A stretch of 61,055 nucleotides of DNA, counting the filler, from Nemertoderma westbladi (Eukaryota; Animalia; Xenacoelomorpha): the NCBI GenBank assembly GCA_032718475.1. It is 3 parts of 3 records of this genome, joined end to end, with 100 filler letters (N's around TTAATTAATTAA, not from the genome) between each part and the next. Parts side by side here need not be neighbours in the genome. Positions count along the whole stretch, not along the records: positions 48,419 to 61,055 come from JAUCBJ010003747.1; 2 more parts are not named here. One strand, 5' to 3'. A program made the position numbers and the translations under genes. The notes under the pieces are model-generated. The model was not told where the DNA came from. It made no database searches and saw only the letters and a program-made list of their open reading frames with translations. Below are positions 59,051-61,055 of this stretch, in pieces. Positions within the stretch are counted from its first letter, which is position 1; each line of letters begins with the position of its first letter.

Positions 59051-61055
59051 GTGTTAACAATTTACTACAGCTGATCGGAGGTACAGTCATGGAGACGATG
59101 GTTGCGGATCTCGAGAAGGGTGTGTGGAAAGCTGCGAGGTTCGTATTCCCTAATATCACCCTCAAATGATGCCATTTTTGAATGATGAATGATGCCAAAT
59201 GATGCCGCATCAGGGATCCCATTGAGAGACTGCTCCGTGGAAATCAGAATGGGTTCCGTAAAGGTCGTGGGACCATGGAGCCCATTTTGGCACTTAGAAG
59301 GATAATTGAAGAGTTATCAAAAAAGAAAGACAGGCATCTGGCTGTTATCTTTGTTGACTTCTTCAAGGCCTTTGATTCAGTCTCTCGCTCACGTATGTTC
59401 AGCATACTTTCATTATATGGGATTCCTGATGAAATTATTGCAGCAATCAGATCATTATACGATGGTTCGACAACATTTGTGTCTACTGTTGACGGTGACA
59501 CAGAACCATTTGAAGTGTTATGGGGCGTCCTCCAAGGAGAAACACTTGCACCATTCTTGTTCATTATTGTGGTTGACTATGTTCTACGCATGTCCTTAGA
59601 TCATTATAATGATGATGGGGTGATGATAACTCCACCTACTGGCTCCAGAAGTCGAGGAAATCCTGCCAAGTACCTAACTGATTATTTGCTGATGACTTAG
59701 GAGTACTCTCAGAATCATTAGAGGGAGCCCAGCGGCTCCTCAGCTCATTAGAACATGCTGCTTCTAGTGTTGGTCTTTTTATTAACTCCAGAAAGACCAA
59801 AGTTCTGACAGTTAACTTTGAAAGTCCTCAGCAAGTCTCTGATCGGATGAGCATAAGCTCAAAGGATGGTATGCTTGAGCATGTGGACGACTTCTGTTAC
59901 CTGGGATCATGGATCCGGAAGTCAGGTGAGGACCTTCGAATACGTAAGGGAATGGCATGGGAAGCCTTGAATAGGCTTTCCAGGATTTGGAATTCACCGA
60001 GAATTAATCGGAAACTTAAGGTCCGATTATTTAGAGCAGCAGTCTTTCCAGTACTCCTCTATCGGAGTCCATGCTGGGCTCTAACTGCTGAGGACACCAA
60101 ATCTCTGGATGGCACATTCACAAGAATGCTACGCCGGGTTCATTGTGTCAAGTACAATGCACACATCTCCAACCAGACACTATATAACATTGGAGGTGTC
60201 TCATTGGTTCCCCCAAGCTTGACACTAGAACAAAATCGCCTCCGCTTTGCAGGACATTGCTTTCGCCGTGAGGACCAGCCAGTGCATAATCTTGTACTTT
60301 GGCAGCCTCATGGAGTGAATAAGCATGGTGGACAGCCCATGACTTTCTTGAGACGCATCTTAGCAGCCTCATGGAGTGAATAAGCATGGTGGACAGCCCA
60401 TGACTTTCTTGAGACGCATCTTAAAGGACACTGGCCTTAAAGATGCGGATGATCTAGCAAATGTCATGGGTGATAGGGAGTTGTGGCGGTGCAATTTTGT
60501 TGACAAGCCGGCACAGCATTCTTAAAAATGCAGCTGCAATGCAGCATGCCGATCCTAGTAGTAGTATGCCATCTTTAATAGGCGCAAGCGGTCTACCGAA
60601 AAGTGGTGAACCTAGGTTTAAAGCCGGCCTTCCAGGAGCAGGGAAGCCAGTACCAAATAATATATAAAGCGATGGCCCTGCCATACCTGCCCCACGAGCA
60701 CATCGAAGAGGCTCTGGAGTGCCTGAAGGCGAAGGTTGAGGGAAGTCTATTGGTTGAGCGCCTCTTTGCATACATTAGTAACACGTGGCTAAATAACTCA
60801 GTCAGGCCGGTAGAGTCCTGGTCAGTGTTTAAGAGGAGCATCCGTACCAACAACGACGTAGAGGGTGGCAGAGACGCCTAAATACTAGGGCAGGCAGGAC
60901 GGGCCCACATTCCTCTGTACTCCTTGATCCATTTGCTACACCGGGAATGCCTTTAGTTCGACTCCAGGTCGGACTGGTTAGTCAATCCACTGTGATTCGA
61001 TACCAACGGAACCAACGGTATGTCAACAGAGAAACTGCCGTCATATAGGGCCTAT
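59051..61055 (+). pseudogene. MULE transposase DDE core and C-terminus, interrupted by a LINE
   Basis: MVADLEKGVWKAARFVFP..*CHF (59090-59178) resumes as AQAVYRKV..MALPYLP..YISNTW..WSVF..RTNNDVEG at 60582. Contains stops and frameshifts. Confidence 0.85.
59206..60565 (+). mobile_element. 5'-truncated RTE-type LINE, family B, decayed
   Basis: QNGFR, FVDFFKAFDS, GVLQG.TLAPFLF, FADD (frameshifted), FCYLGS; (TAG)n tail; TSD ATGCCAT(T/C)TTT. Confidence 0.92.

Overview
AT-rich, intron-containing eukaryotic (invertebrate-like) genomic DNA, dominated by transposable elements and tandem repeats. It has two 100-bp scaffold gaps (N44-TTAATTAATTAA-N44 at 18941-19040 and 48319-48418). Three host-like genes lie on the minus strand: a spliced low-complexity protein with TNKS1BP1/KIAA1671-like motifs (~3.8-10.5 kb), an intronless 8-finger C2H2 gene (29.4-30.5 kb), and a two-exon TTF1/DMTF1-like Myb gene (41.7-47.1 kb). 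The most unusual component is two diverged copies of a Bel/Pao-type LTR element (19.0-23.8 kb, 48.4-56.8 kb). Each has a ~1.1-1.2 kb putative LTR, a structured 1.7-2 kb leader with a non-tRNA-like primer site, and a conserved ~650-690 aa ORF of unknown type. In copy 2 this ORF precedes gag, and Gag-protease stops where RT should start. Also present: RTE- and CR1-type LINE fragments, a tRNA-derived SINE, decayed MULE transposase pieces, several MITE families, a 3.6-kb 44-bp satellite with a hammerhead-like core arrangement, and a decayed, possibly SRF/MADS-like gene. All family assignments come from motif recognition by eye; no database searches were run.
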